From positions 1 to 43,576 of the forward strand of contig DAOVGL010000024.1 in NCBI GenBank assembly GCA_030672415.1: 43,576 bases of DNA, written 5' to 3'. Source of the stretch: Candidatus Bathyarchaeota archaeon (GTDB lineage Archaea > Thermoproteota > Bathyarchaeia > Bathyarchaeales > Bathyarchaeaceae). This document shows, piece by piece, positions 1 to 8,213 of the stretch. The notes beneath the pieces are model-generated. The model was not told where the DNA came from. It saw only the letters and a program-made list of their open reading frames with translations, and made no database searches. Both the position numbers and the translations under genes were made by a program. Each line of letters opens with the position of its first letter. The first letter of the stretch is position 1.

Positions 1-215
1 AGGATAATGGCATAGGCATACCTAAAGCAGAGAAAGAGAAGATTTTCAGAGAAGGCTACGGGAAAGGCACAGGCTACGGATTATTCTTGATAAAGAGAAT
101 GTGCGAAGTGTACGGTTGGATCATACGAGAAACAGGTAAGCGGGGCAAAGGAGCCAAATTCACCATAACCATACCTAGAATGGGTGAAAAAAAAATAAAC
201 TATAAACTTCATTAA
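1..215 (+). CDS. sensor histidine kinase, C-terminal fragment (HATPase_c; 5-prime end outside window)
   Basis: Frame 3 reads DNGIGIPKAEKEKIFREGYGKGTGYGLFLIKRMCEVYGWIIRETGKRGKGAKFTITIPRMGEKKINYKLH*. It contains a G1 box (DNGIGI) and a G2 box (GKGTGYGL) of the GHKL ATPase fold. Stop TAA at 213-215. Confidence 0.8.
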   Translation, partial: DNGIGIPKAEKEKIFREGYGKGTGYGLFLIKRMCEVYGWIIRETGKRGKGAKFTITIPRMGEKKINYKLH

Positions 216-260
216 CCCGTGGTCATCGAAGCCAAAAACGAGAATGCGCACACTTTACTG

Positions 261-869
261 CTATTTGAGGCGTGATTTTCCGGTTATGATGAAGATTGTT
301 TTGCCTTTAGTTTGAGAAAGATGCCTCGCCCTTCTTAACACGTTGCACGTGATATCCAAGAGATCCTCAAGACTATTTGTGTAGTTTTTTCTTTCTATCC
401 TTGATGCCAATTCGGTTTTGATTAGATGTTCAGCTAGGATGGACGTTCCACAAACTTCTCCGTTTCTAATCAGCGCTTTTACTAAAATGTCTTCGATTTT
501 ACTACGATTCCCATGTTGTCTCCATACGCGTTCAGCTTGGTCTAGTCGTTTGAGATTTTTCTTCAAGCGTTGAGATTCTTCGGGTTCTGTGACAAGCTCA
601 ACCCTTTCATTCCATTTTTTCATCCAAATTCCACACCAAATGTTCATGAACTCTTTGAGTTCTTCAGGTTCTTCATGAACGTATCTGCGTATTCTTTCTG
701 TAAATTCAAGTTGAGCTATTTCTTGGTCTGTGAGTTTCCAGTGAAACATCAAATAATTCGTGAAGTCTTGGCTGGCTATGCGTAGAAGTCTCTTGTCTGA
801 CCTTTGTAGGTCGAATTGGGGATTTCTGTTTCTTAGGCTTTCTGATAGAAGCAACTTAACAAGGTTCAT
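261..869 (-). CDS. hypothetical protein (202 aa, charged, probably all-alpha)
   Basis: Long uninterrupted ORF. The overlapping + strand ORFs (570-785, 760-945) are low-complexity shadows. I recognise no family motif. Confidence 0.5.
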   Translation of the reverse strand: MNLVKLLLSESLRNRNPQFDLQRSDKRLLRIASQDFTNYLMFHWKLTDQEIAQLEFTERIRRYVHEEPEELKEFMNIWCGIWMKKWNERVELVTEPEESQRLKKNLKRLDQAERVWRQHGNRSKIEDILVKALIRNGEVCGTSILAEHLIKTELASRIERKNYTNSLEDLLDITCNVLRRARHLSQTKGKTIFIITGKSRLK

Positions 870-870
870 C

Positions 871-891
871 TCGGTTCTCTATGAGAACCGA
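871..891. promoter_or_regulatory. perfect 9-bp inverted repeat (tcggttctc-tat-gagaaccga) abutting the start codon of the 261-869 ORF
   Basis: Read directly: arms at 871-879 and 883-891 are exact reverse complements with a 3-nt spacer. The repeat starts 1 nt upstream of the ATG (869-867, minus strand). Confidence 0.3.
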
Positions 892-977
892 TTGTTGCTA
901 GTGTATTATTCTGTTATTTCAGTCTGTGGCATATATCAAGTCTAGAAAATACGTGCGTGCATGTCACAGTTTATGAG

Positions 978-1353
978 TTAAGTTGGTGAATGTTTCCAGA
1001 ACAGGTAAACTTTTGATTGATTAAGCTGCGCTAGACGTCTAAGCCCTCGAGCGAGATTCTCTATATCAGTTCGTTGCAACCATTTTCTGTAGTCTTCCAT
1101 GGTGAAGTACCCATGCTGGCCTGCGATTCTTCTGTTGTAAGGATAACTGAAACAGCTGAGGATCCTGCATTCTTGTTGATAGAAGCTATACCCCCAGAAA
1201 ACATAGCATTCATACTCTAAGCCGGCATTGTTTTTGACACGTATTCCCTGTCGTTCCAGAAAATTCTATAGGGGGAAGATTTTTCCTTAAAGTTTTAAGC
1301 ACACACAGTTGTTCTTCAAGAAAAAAACTGCCATTGACGGCTGAAACGGACAT
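978..1353 (-). pseudogene. possible frame-disrupted gene remnant (unknown family)
   Basis: Minus-strand translation gives protein-like stretches in two different frames. One is SFFLEEQLCVLKTLRKNLPPIEF. The other is NFLERQGIRVKNNAGLEYECYVFWGYSFYQQECRILSCFSYPYNRRIAGQHGYFTMEDYRKWLQRTDIENLARGLRRLAQLNQSKVYLFWKHSPT*. The frame breaks lie at or near homopolymers (A7 at 1321-1327, G5 at 1271-1275). No ORF of 60 aa or more survives in this 400-nt gap. Confidence 0.3.
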
Positions 1354-1357
1354 GGTT

Positions 1358-1627
1358 TTACTCTTTACTCGATCTTTCGGCAAGAATAGTCACACTCTTC
1401 ACACCGAATGTTTCAGTAGCCCATTGTGCAGATTTTGAAAGAAACAGGTATTGTGGATTTTCCCTTATCTTAATAATTTTCATGTCTCCAGATTCTATAG
1501 CTCGTTTGCATCTGTACACTCTATTCTGGTCAACAGACTTCACCTTCTTCCAAAACATAGTGGTTACCGTTATCTCCTTCATTGTTGCAGGGGCTGTCAT
1601 CGGTCTAGTGTGGATTATCTGGGGCAC
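1358..1627 (-). CDS. hypothetical protein (89 aa), possibly the N-terminal part of the decayed gene downstream
   Basis: ORF from the track. No recognisable motif. The next protein-like reading frame starts 4 nt after its stop, in another frame. Confidence 0.35.
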   Translation of the reverse strand: MPQIIHTRPMTAPATMKEITVTTMFWKKVKSVDQNRVYRCKRAIESGDMKIIKIRENPQYLFLSKSAQWATETFGVKSVTILAERSSKE

Positions 1628-1704
1628 TAGATGGCTACACGCCTTCTGACTGAAAATGCATTTCCCTAAACTGCATAACTTCCCTTTTTGTGCTAAAATA
1701 ACGG

Positions 1705-1711
1705 TTATAAA
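1705..1711 (+). promoter_or_regulatory. TATA-like box (ttataaa) 23 nt upstream of the parvulin ATG, suggesting a leaderless-type transcript
   Basis: A/T box position read directly. The spacing fits archaeal TATA-to-TSS distance. Confidence 0.35.
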
Positions 1712-1734
1712 CGAATTGGACGTAATTACTCTTT

Positions 1735-2010
1735 ATGCCAAACAAAGTTCATTGCGCCCACATCCTTGTGAAGACCGAGAAACAGGCAAACACGGTTTTG
1801 GACCGGCTGAAGAACGGAGAAAAGTTTGCAAACATTGCTAAGGACGTTTCGCTGTGTCCCTCAGGAAAACGCGGCGGAGACCTAGGAACCTTCGGCAGAG
1901 GAAAAATGGTGAAAGAGTTTGAGAAAGCCGCTTTCGCTCTTCAGAAAGGACAGATTTCGCCCACTGTAAAAACGAAGTATGGATATCACATAATAAAGAG
2001 GCTTGAATAG
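1735..2010 (+). CDS. parvulin-type peptidyl-prolyl cis-trans isomerase (single-domain PpiC/PinA-like)
   Basis: 91 aa: HCAHILVKTEKQA...FANIAKDVSLCPSGKRGGDLGTFGRGKMVKEFEKAAFAL...KTKYGYHIIKR. This matches the parvulin rotamase signature (HIL, S-CPS-GGDLG-F, M-FE, GYHII). Confidence 0.85.
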   Translation: MPNKVHCAHILVKTEKQANTVLDRLKNGEKFANIAKDVSLCPSGKRGGDLGTFGRGKMVKEFEKAAFALQKGQISPTVKTKYGYHIIKRLE

Positions 2011-2074
2011 CCTATTCTCTTTAATTTGCGTGGACCGTTTCTGTGCTCACACATGCGAAGGGAGAAACATATGC

Positions 2075-2296
2075 ATGCAGGTGAAGCTTCTTCGGGAGCT
2101 TTGGGAAAGCGGCGTACACGACTTGAGCGTGCTAGCACAAAAAATAGAGCGATCTGAAGGAACCATTAAAGAAAAACTGAGGCGTATGGGCGTACTTGTT
2201 GTTGTGCAAAAACCGCAGAAAAAGCACACAACAACAAGTGTGTCTCTCAGTAAAGATCTGTTTACGCACGAACAGGCTTTTCAATTTTTAGTATAA
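2075..2296 (+). CDS. small hypothetical protein, possible helix-turn-helix
   Basis: Internal ATG at 2075 (MQVKLLRELWESGVHDLSVLAQKIERSEGTIKEKLRRMGV...) preceded by GGGAG. The Cys-rich, low-quality N-terminal extension from 2003 looks non-coding. Confidence 0.3.
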   Translation: MQVKLLRELWESGVHDLSVLAQKIERSEGTIKEKLRRMGVLVVVQKPQKKHTTTSVSLSKDLFTHEQAFQFLV

Positions 2297-2402
2297 TAAA
2301 TGGTGAGTGTTTAATCCTTCAAGAGTCACGCTGAGGTTGAGCTCGAAAACCCGAGAACTTTTCATCTCTGCAGGAAAACGTCGTGAAGCTAAGAATGGGT
2401 TT

Positions 2403-3815
2403 TTAAACTGTGCTTCTCCATCTAGTTCCATCTGCTGTGTCTTCCAAGGTGATTCCCAGATCCCTTAACCTTAACCTGATCTTGTCGGACATTTGCCAAT
2501 CTTTGGTTTCTCTGCACTCTTGCCTTAATTCAATAAGCAAATCTACCAAGTCGCCTACGATTCCCAAGTCGACCTTTCTCTCTTCCTTTTGAAGTATGTT
2601 GAATATACCACCTAACTCTCTGAAAGCATTCACGACTTTTTCAAGCAAGTTCGCGTTTATTGTTTCGTGGCTGTCGACAAACTTGTTTACTTCGTTAGCC
2701 AAGTCGAATAATGCTGTAAGAGCGTAAGGGGAGTTGAAGTCGTCGTCCATCGCTTTTACAAACTTATCGCGGCATCGCAGTATCTTCTTCTCTAACTCCT
2801 CATTCTTTTCGATTTCCGGTCTAGACGCAAGTTTCCGGACGTTACTTAAGGCGTTACGGAGAGTTTGAAGACTTCGCTCCGCCTGCCCCAAACTTGCCTC
2901 ACTGAAATCAATGATGCTTCTATAGTGCGCAGAAGCAAAGAAGAACCTCAGAACTTCGGGGTCATGCCTTTTCAAGGCGTCTCGAACTGTGACAAAATTG
3001 CCCAAAGACTTCGACATTTTCTTCCCGTCAACCTTGAGAACTCCCGTATGCACCCAATATTTCACAAGCGGTTTTCTCCCTGTTGCAGCTTCGGCTTGGG
3101 CGATCTCAGCTTCATGATGGGGAAATATGAGCTCAACTGCGCCTCCGTGGATATCGTATTGCGGTCCGAAATAGTGCGTTGTGATCGCCGTGTCTTCTAT
3201 GTGCCAGCCTGGTCTCCCTCTCCCCCAAGGCGAGTCCCAGCCCAACTCCTCTGGCCCTCGCTTCTTCCATAAGGCAAAGTCGGGGGCGCTTTTCTTCGTT
3301 GGATCGGGTTCTATCCTGTGTTTCCTGAGTTCCGAAGGGTTTTGGTGAGAGAGGACGCCGAGGTCCTTAAACTTGGTGATGTCATAGTAAACGCCTGTTT
3401 CCGTCTCGTACGCGTATCCCTTGTCGATGAGGGTCTTCACTTGGTCGATGATCTCTGGGATGTGCTCTGATGCTCTGGCGAATAGGTTCATGCTTCGAAT
3501 GTCGAGCGTAGCCATGTCTTCGTAAAAATACTTTTCATATTCCTGCGCTAATTCAAGCGGCTCAGTTCCGATGTTTTCTGCTCTGTTTATGATCTTGTCG
3601 TCTACGTCTGTGATGTTCATGACATAAAATAAACTGTACCCCTTGTACCTGAGATAACGTGCGATAATGTCGTAGGATACATAAGTCCTTGCGTGTCCTA
3701 GGTGAGAGAGGTCGTAGGTTGTTGGACCGCACACGAACATGTTCACTCTGTTTCCACGTATCGGTTTGAAAACCGCTCTTTTTCTGCTCAAAGTATTGTA
3801 AATCCTTAAGACCAT
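2403..3815 (-). CDS. cysS: cysteine--tRNA ligase
   Basis: 470 aa. Class I aaRS HIGH motif (SHLGHARTY) and KMSKS motif (KKMSKSLGN). N-terminus and length are typical of CysRS. A GAGGTG Shine-Dalgarno lies 6 nt upstream of the ATG. Confidence 0.95.
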   Translation of the reverse strand: MVLRIYNTLSRKRAVFKPIRGNRVNMFVCGPTTYDLSHLGHARTYVSYDIIARYLRYKGYSLFYVMNITDVDDKIINRAENIGTEPLELAQEYEKYFYEDMATLDIRSMNLFARASEHIPEIIDQVKTLIDKGYAYETETGVYYDITKFKDLGVLSHQNPSELRKHRIEPDPTKKSAPDFALWKKRGPEELGWDSPWGRGRPGWHIEDTAITTHYFGPQYDIHGGAVELIFPHHEAEIAQAEAATGRKPLVKYWVHTGVLKVDGKKMSKSLGNFVTVRDALKRHDPEVLRFFFASAHYRSIIDFSEASLGQAERSLQTLRNALSNVRKLASRPEIEKNEELEKKILRCRDKFVKAMDDDFNSPYALTALFDLANEVNKFVDSHETINANLLEKVVNAFRELGGIFNILQKEERKVDLGIVGDLVDLLIELRQECRETKDWQMSDKIRLRLRDLGITLEDTADGTRWRSTV

Positions 3816-3830
3816 TTTGGCACCTCTTAG

Positions 3831-3904
3831 AGCCTAGGAGGGGATTTGAACCCCTATGAAACCGCTCTGCAGGCGGTTACCTTACCGGACTCGGTCACCT
3901 AGGC
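3831..3904 (-). tRNA. tRNA-Cys (anticodon GCA), 74 nt, no encoded CCA, no intron
   Basis: Reverse complement is GCCTAGGTGACCGAGTCCGGTAAGGTAACCGCCTGCAGAGCGGTTTCATAGGGGTTCAAATCCCCTCCTAGGCT. It folds by hand into a cloverleaf. Acceptor stem GCCTAGG/CCTAGGC. Anticodon stem ACCGC/GCGGT with loop CTGCAGA (anticodon GCA). T arm AGGGG-TTCAAAT-CCCCT. Discriminator is U73, the Cys identity base. Confidence 0.9.
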
Positions 3905-4135
3905 ACTGGGCTATCCTTATATTTCATCACCTAGTTTGCTCTTTGAGGCTCACTTAAATTTTACTTTGTCCATCATTTAGGCTTGCGGTTGTTGCATTAA
4001 ACTTTAGAAAGGTGTTTATTTTCCATTCATAACCGTCTACGGATCATTTATTGAAAGAACACCTAAATAATGCGAATGCATATTCTCGTTAACAAAATGT
4101 GTATCTAAAAACACGCATGTTTTTGTCAAAAACCC

Positions 4136-4143
4136 ATAAATAA
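4136..4143 (+). promoter_or_regulatory. TATA-like box (ataaataa) 22 nt upstream of purF ATG 4166
   Basis: Read directly. It lies 1 nt upstream of the alternative GTG at 4145, which argues against that start. Confidence 0.4.
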
Positions 4144-4165
4144 TGTGGTCTATATCTTAATATTT

Positions 4166-5653
4166 ATGTTAAAGCCTTTAAAAGAAGCCTGCGGCGTCTT
4201 CGGAGCTCAAAATTTCGAACACAAACCAGTGTTTCCACACATTTACTGGGGATTAAGAGCACAGAACCACCGCGGTCACCAGTCGCATGGCTTCCTCACG
4301 TTTCACAATAATTTTCATGTACATAGAGACTTAGACTTAGTTCCGAAAATAAAAAAAGAGGAAATTCAAGGATGGCTTAACCGGTTGCCAGGTTATGTTG
4401 GTATAGGAAGCATACGATACACAACTTCCGGTGGAACCGACGAACAATCGTTGGTAAAGGGTGCTCAACCCATATTAGCGCAGTCAGAAAAAAGGGGAGT
4501 TGGGATATCGTTTAATGGTAACATTGTTAACAATTTTGGGTTAAAGAGAGAACTTGAGAAACGATTTCCAAGTTTTTCTTGTGAATGTGACGCAGAAGTG
4601 ATTTGTAGAAAACTTCTCATGGAACTAGTGGAAAACGATGATTTAGCTTCGTCGGTTAGAACGTGCATGAAGGAACTAGAAGGCGCCTTCTCCATAGCAG
4701 GAGTAACTCAAAACGGGGAACTCTTCGCCTTCAAAGACCCTCATGGAATAAGACCGCTCTGTTGCGGATGCAGCGAAGACCGCAAGACATACGCTGTATC
4801 CTCAGAAACTGTTGGTTTAGACATCAACGGCTTTGAACAGTGTTTCGAAATAAATCCTGGAGAACTCGTGATCGCGTCAAAGGATGGTTTCGTGCGAAAT
4901 CAACTCGTTAGAGGCGAGAAAAAAGCGTTCTGCTGCTTTGAATTTGCGTATTTTTCTAGACCAGACTCAACTATTGGAAACAAACATGTTTATGAAATAA
5001 GAGAAGATTTTGGAAGAAATCTTGGAAGAGAGTATTCTGAAATCGCAGAAAAAGCAGACATAATTATGTCAATACCAGAAACTGGCAATGACGCTGCGTA
5101 TGGGCTTCATGAAGAAACTGGCGTGAGGTGGGAGAGAGCTTCAAGAAGGCATAGATACGTGACTGAACGAGCGTTCATTCTGTTGTCACGTGAACGATTC
5201 ACAACAATCGACAGAAAAATCAACATCCTTGACCGCAGGATTAGTGGAAAAACCATTGCGGTGGTTGAGGACAGCATAGTAAGAGGCGACACTACAAAGG
5301 TGATTATAGAAAAACTGCGCAAAAAAGGAGCAAAGAAGGTTCATGTGTTCATTACGTTTCCAAGAATAACAAGTCCCTGCTTTTACGGAATTGACATGGC
5401 AACCTACAACGAGCTGATAGGGTCCAGATATGGTGCTGAAGAAATAGCTGAGAGAATAGGTGCAGACACCGTTAACTATCAGTCAATTGATGGTCTCGTT
5501 AGAGCCACCGGCATGAAGAAAGACGAATTGTGTTTAGGATGCGTCACCGGAAAGTATCCCACTCCCTTGGCTCAAAAACTGGCAGACGAGATGAAGGAAA
5601 AATTTGATAGAGGATTCAAAGAAACTGGGAGAATATACGAAATTATGGCTTAG
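4166..5653 (+). CDS. purF: amidophosphoribosyltransferase (glutamine PRPP amidotransferase)
   Basis: Short propeptide then the Ntn nucleophile Cys (MLKPLKEA-CGVFG). PRTase loop VVEDSIVRGDTT. Cys residues in positions typical of the 4Fe-4S type (CCFEFAYF, SPCFYGID, CLGCVTGKYP). Confidence 0.95.
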   Translation: MLKPLKEACGVFGAQNFEHKPVFPHIYWGLRAQNHRGHQSHGFLTFHNNFHVHRDLDLVPKIKKEEIQGWLNRLPGYVGIGSIRYTTSGGTDEQSLVKGAQPILAQSEKRGVGISFNGNIVNNFGLKRELEKRFPSFSCECDAEVICRKLLMELVENDDLASSVRTCMKELEGAFSIAGVTQNGELFAFKDPHGIRPLCCGCSEDRKTYAVSSETVGLDINGFEQCFEINPGELVIASKDGFVRNQLVRGEKKAFCCFEFAYFSRPDSTIGNKHVYEIREDFGRNLGREYSEIAEKADIIMSIPETGNDAAYGLHEETGVRWERASRRHRYVTERAFILLSRERFTTIDRKINILDRRISGKTIAVVEDSIVRGDTTKVIIEKLRKKGAKKVHVFITFPRITSPCFYGIDMATYNELIGSRYGAEEIAERIGADTVNYQSIDGLVRATGMKKDELCLGCVTGKYPTPLAQKLADEMKEKFDRGFKETGRIYEIMA

Positions 5654-5665
5654 GCCTATGTTTTA

Positions 5666-7093
5666 ATGGTGTTCATAATGGACCGGGTAGGCATTTTGGT
5701 TGTCTGCTATGGTTCAAGAGGAGTCGCCATAGTGGACTCTTTCAGCCGTAGTCAAAATTACGCCACCGAAATCTATGTTATAGACAAGCAAAGGAATCCC
5801 TACAACGTGAAAAAGGCGAAGAAACACGTTGTTATTCCCGATTTTGATGTGGAAAAGATTTGTAAGTTTGCCAAGAAACATGAAAGAATGATTGATTTTG
5901 GAATAGTTGGTCCTGAAAAACCGATAATCAACGGTGTCAGAGATGTTGTTGAAAGAGAAACCGAGATACCAATGATCTGCCCAACCAGAGAATACGCTAT
6001 TGAGGGAAGTAAAGTTGCACAAAGACGCCTGTTTCAGAGGGTTGTACCCGAAGCAAATCCAAGTTTTAGAGTGTTTGACCCAAAAGATTACAGCACCCTA
6101 AGTAAAGTGAAGAGAAACCTCAACGTGTGGCTAGACGAACTTAACAACAAGGTTGCCATAAAACCTGACCGACCTGCCGCGGGAAAAGGCGTCGGCGTCT
6201 GGGGCGACCACTTCAACACTCGAGAACAGCTACTAGAACATTTTTTATCCAACTACGAATATGGCGCAGTGATAGTGGAAAAAAAGGTTGATGGTGAAGA
6301 ATCCAGTTTCCAAGCGTTTTGCGACGGAAAACACTTAGCGCCGTTGCCAGAAACACGCGACTACAAGAGAGCCTTCGATGAGGATAAAGGACCTAACACG
6401 GGCGGAATGGGCTCCTACAAAGATGTGAGCGACTGGTTACCCTTCATGACACCAGCTGACAAAGAGAAAGAGATCCAAATCGTAAACAAGATTTTCAAAA
6501 AGTTAAAGGGAAAAGGCAGCAACCCCGGATTGCGGGGTGTTCCATTTTACGAGGCCTTTATACACACAGGAAGAGGACCAAAAATCTTGGAAAACAACAG
6601 TAGACCCGGCGACCCGGAGATACAGAATTTGTTACCTATATTGAAGGACGATTTTGTGGACGTATGCTTCAGAATACTTGATGGAAACTTGAGGCGGGTC
6701 CGATTTGAAAAAAGAGCAACCGTCGTAACTTACATGGCGCCGCCAAACTACGGCGGGTTCAAGAACGTCTTCCCTGAACGTGTAAATTCAAGCGAGATTG
6801 ATAAGCCAGTGGATTTAAGCGGAGCCTATGGTTTGACTAAAAAATATGAAGAGAGAGTCAGAATTTACCCGGGCTCAATGGAACTGAGAGATGATGGACA
6901 AACCTATGCCCTCGACTCTAGAACATTGTGCGCTGTTGGCATCGGAGAGAACATTGAAAACGCTAGGGAAAATTCGTTAGATGGTCTTAGGGCGGTTAAA
7001 GGTGGAGCATTGTGGTTCAGAGCTGACATTGCCTCGAGAGACCACATAACAAAAAGCATGGAACACATGAAGAGGCTGAGGAGCCAGTGGTGA
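5666..7093 (+). CDS. purD: phosphoribosylamine--glycine ligase
   Basis: ATP-grasp protein with IKPDRPAAGKGV, PNTGGMGSY and ENNSRPGDPE motifs. It follows purF after 12 nt. The start could be ATG 5666 or ATG 5678. Confidence 0.9.
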   Translation: MVFIMDRVGILVVCYGSRGVAIVDSFSRSQNYATEIYVIDKQRNPYNVKKAKKHVVIPDFDVEKICKFAKKHERMIDFGIVGPEKPIINGVRDVVERETEIPMICPTREYAIEGSKVAQRRLFQRVVPEANPSFRVFDPKDYSTLSKVKRNLNVWLDELNNKVAIKPDRPAAGKGVGVWGDHFNTREQLLEHFLSNYEYGAVIVEKKVDGEESSFQAFCDGKHLAPLPETRDYKRAFDEDKGPNTGGMGSYKDVSDWLPFMTPADKEKEIQIVNKIFKKLKGKGSNPGLRGVPFYEAFIHTGRGPKILENNSRPGDPEIQNLLPILKDDFVDVCFRILDGNLRRVRFEKRATVVTYMAPPNYGGFKNVFPERVNSSEIDKPVDLSGAYGLTKKYEERVRIYPGSMELRDDGQTYALDSRTLCAVGIGENIENARENSLDGLRAVKGGALWFRADIASRDHITKSMEHMKRLRSQW

Positions 7094-8193
7094 GTCCAAA
7101 AGCATCCCAACAGAGGAGGCTGTTTATTTCCGATTGTGAAGGCCCAATATCAAAAAATGACAACGCTTACGAATTGAGCGAACACTTCATTCCAAAAGGA
7201 GACTCATTTTTCGCCTTAGTTAGCAGGTATGACGACGTTCAAGCTGACGTTGTTAAGAGACCAGAATATAAGGCTGGAGACACTTTGCGGCTGATACTGC
7301 CCTTTCTAAAAGCGTACGGAGTAACCAACGAAAAAATAAAAAAAGTCTCTAAGGATCGTATTTTGTTGGTTCCCGGCGCTAAAGACACGCTTCATTTTGT
7401 CAATAACCTTATGCCTTCTTTCATTGTAAGCACCAGCTATGAACAGTACATACACGCATTATGTAACTTGGTAGAGTTTCCATGCGAAAATGTTTATTGC
7501 ACTGCATTGGACCTAGACAGGTATCAAATCAGCAAGAAAGAAGTTGAACGGTTGAGACAGCTAAGAGAAGAAATAACCGCCTTGAATATGATAGAGATTC
7601 CCAAAGGCGCAGTCTCAATCAACGACTTTTCTGAAAGAAACAAAAAAACAATCAGAAGACTAGACGATATATTCTGGGAAGAAATCACTGAGATGGAATC
7701 TGGCAAGATGTTGAAAGATGTTAATCCTGTGGGGGGATTTGAAAAAGCACATGCCATTGAAGATATAGTAGAAAAGACGGATAGTCGCCTCTCAGACGTG
7801 ATGTATGTGGGAGACAGCATCACAGATGTTCAGTCGTTTCAGTTAGTGAAACAGAACGGTGGGCTAACGGTTTCCTTCAACGGCAACCGCTACGCTGTAC
7901 GTGAAGCTGAAGTCGCCGTGCTTTCCAAAAACACAATCGTAACATCGATTCTAGCGGATGCCTTCAGCAAATTTGGCAAAAGTCACGTTGTTAAGTTGGT
8001 TGAAGAATGGAGTTATTCCGCGTTAAAACGCTATCGCGTCACCTCTGCACTACGAAACCGCATAGTTGAATTGTATCCCGAAACTCTTCCTCAAGTCGAG
8101 ATGATAACTTCTGAAAACAAGGAGAGGCTGATGGAGGAAAGCAGTGCTTTCAGGAAGACAGTTCGAGGAGAAGCTATAGGAAGGTTAGGATAA
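7087..8193 (+). CDS. HAD-superfamily-like protein with large cap (resembles proteins annotated EhaR in methanogens; function unknown)
   Basis: 368 aa. HAD-like motif I variant FISDCEGP (D-x-E instead of DxD), motif II IVSTS and motif IV VGDSITD. The GTG start overlaps the purD stop by 7 nt. The EhaR resemblance is from memory only. Confidence 0.6.
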   Translation: MVSPKASQQRRLFISDCEGPISKNDNAYELSEHFIPKGDSFFALVSRYDDVQADVVKRPEYKAGDTLRLILPFLKAYGVTNEKIKKVSKDRILLVPGAKDTLHFVNNLMPSFIVSTSYEQYIHALCNLVEFPCENVYCTALDLDRYQISKKEVERLRQLREEITALNMIEIPKGAVSINDFSERNKKTIRRLDDIFWEEITEMESGKMLKDVNPVGGFEKAHAIEDIVEKTDSRLSDVMYVGDSITDVQSFQLVKQNGGLTVSFNGNRYAVREAEVAVLSKNTIVTSILADAFSKFGKSHVVKLVEEWSYSALKRYRVTSALRNRIVELYPETLPQVEMITSENKERLMEESSAFRKTVRGEAIGRLG

Positions 8194-8213
8194 ATTAAAA
8201 TCGGGATGACTTT

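Noticed and set aside
2297-2402. Possible C/D-box sRNA in the spacer between the small HTH ORF and cysS (TGGTGA and CTGA elements).
   Set aside because: The C-box-like element is degenerate. No terminal D box (CUGA) is paired with it at the right spacing, and there is no terminal stem or kink-turn arrangement on either strand.
2865-3272. 135-aa + strand ORF inside cysS. Similar antisense ORFs lie at 2410-2592, 4465-4695, 5107-5322, 5714-6022, 6904-7110, 7524-7823, 8237-8473, 8696-9020 and 9439-9705.
   Set aside because: Each lies entirely within, and antisense or out of frame to, a gene with unambiguous family motifs. Their compositions (Ser/Leu/Pro/Cys-rich, low complexity) are typical shadow ORFs.
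4108-4125. A/T-rich hairpin (aaaaaca-cgca-tgttttt) upstream of purF as a possible purine-responsive operator.
   Set aside because: It is only 7 A/T base pairs in an A/T-rich intergenic region and is expected by chance. It is not repeated upstream of the other pur transcription units.
4145-4165. GTG 4145 as the purF start (track ORF MVYILIFMLKPL...).
   Set aside because: The TATA-like box at 4136-4143 ends 1 nt before this GTG. The hydrophobic 7-residue extension is atypical, and ATG 4166 gives the usual short propeptide before the catalytic Cys.
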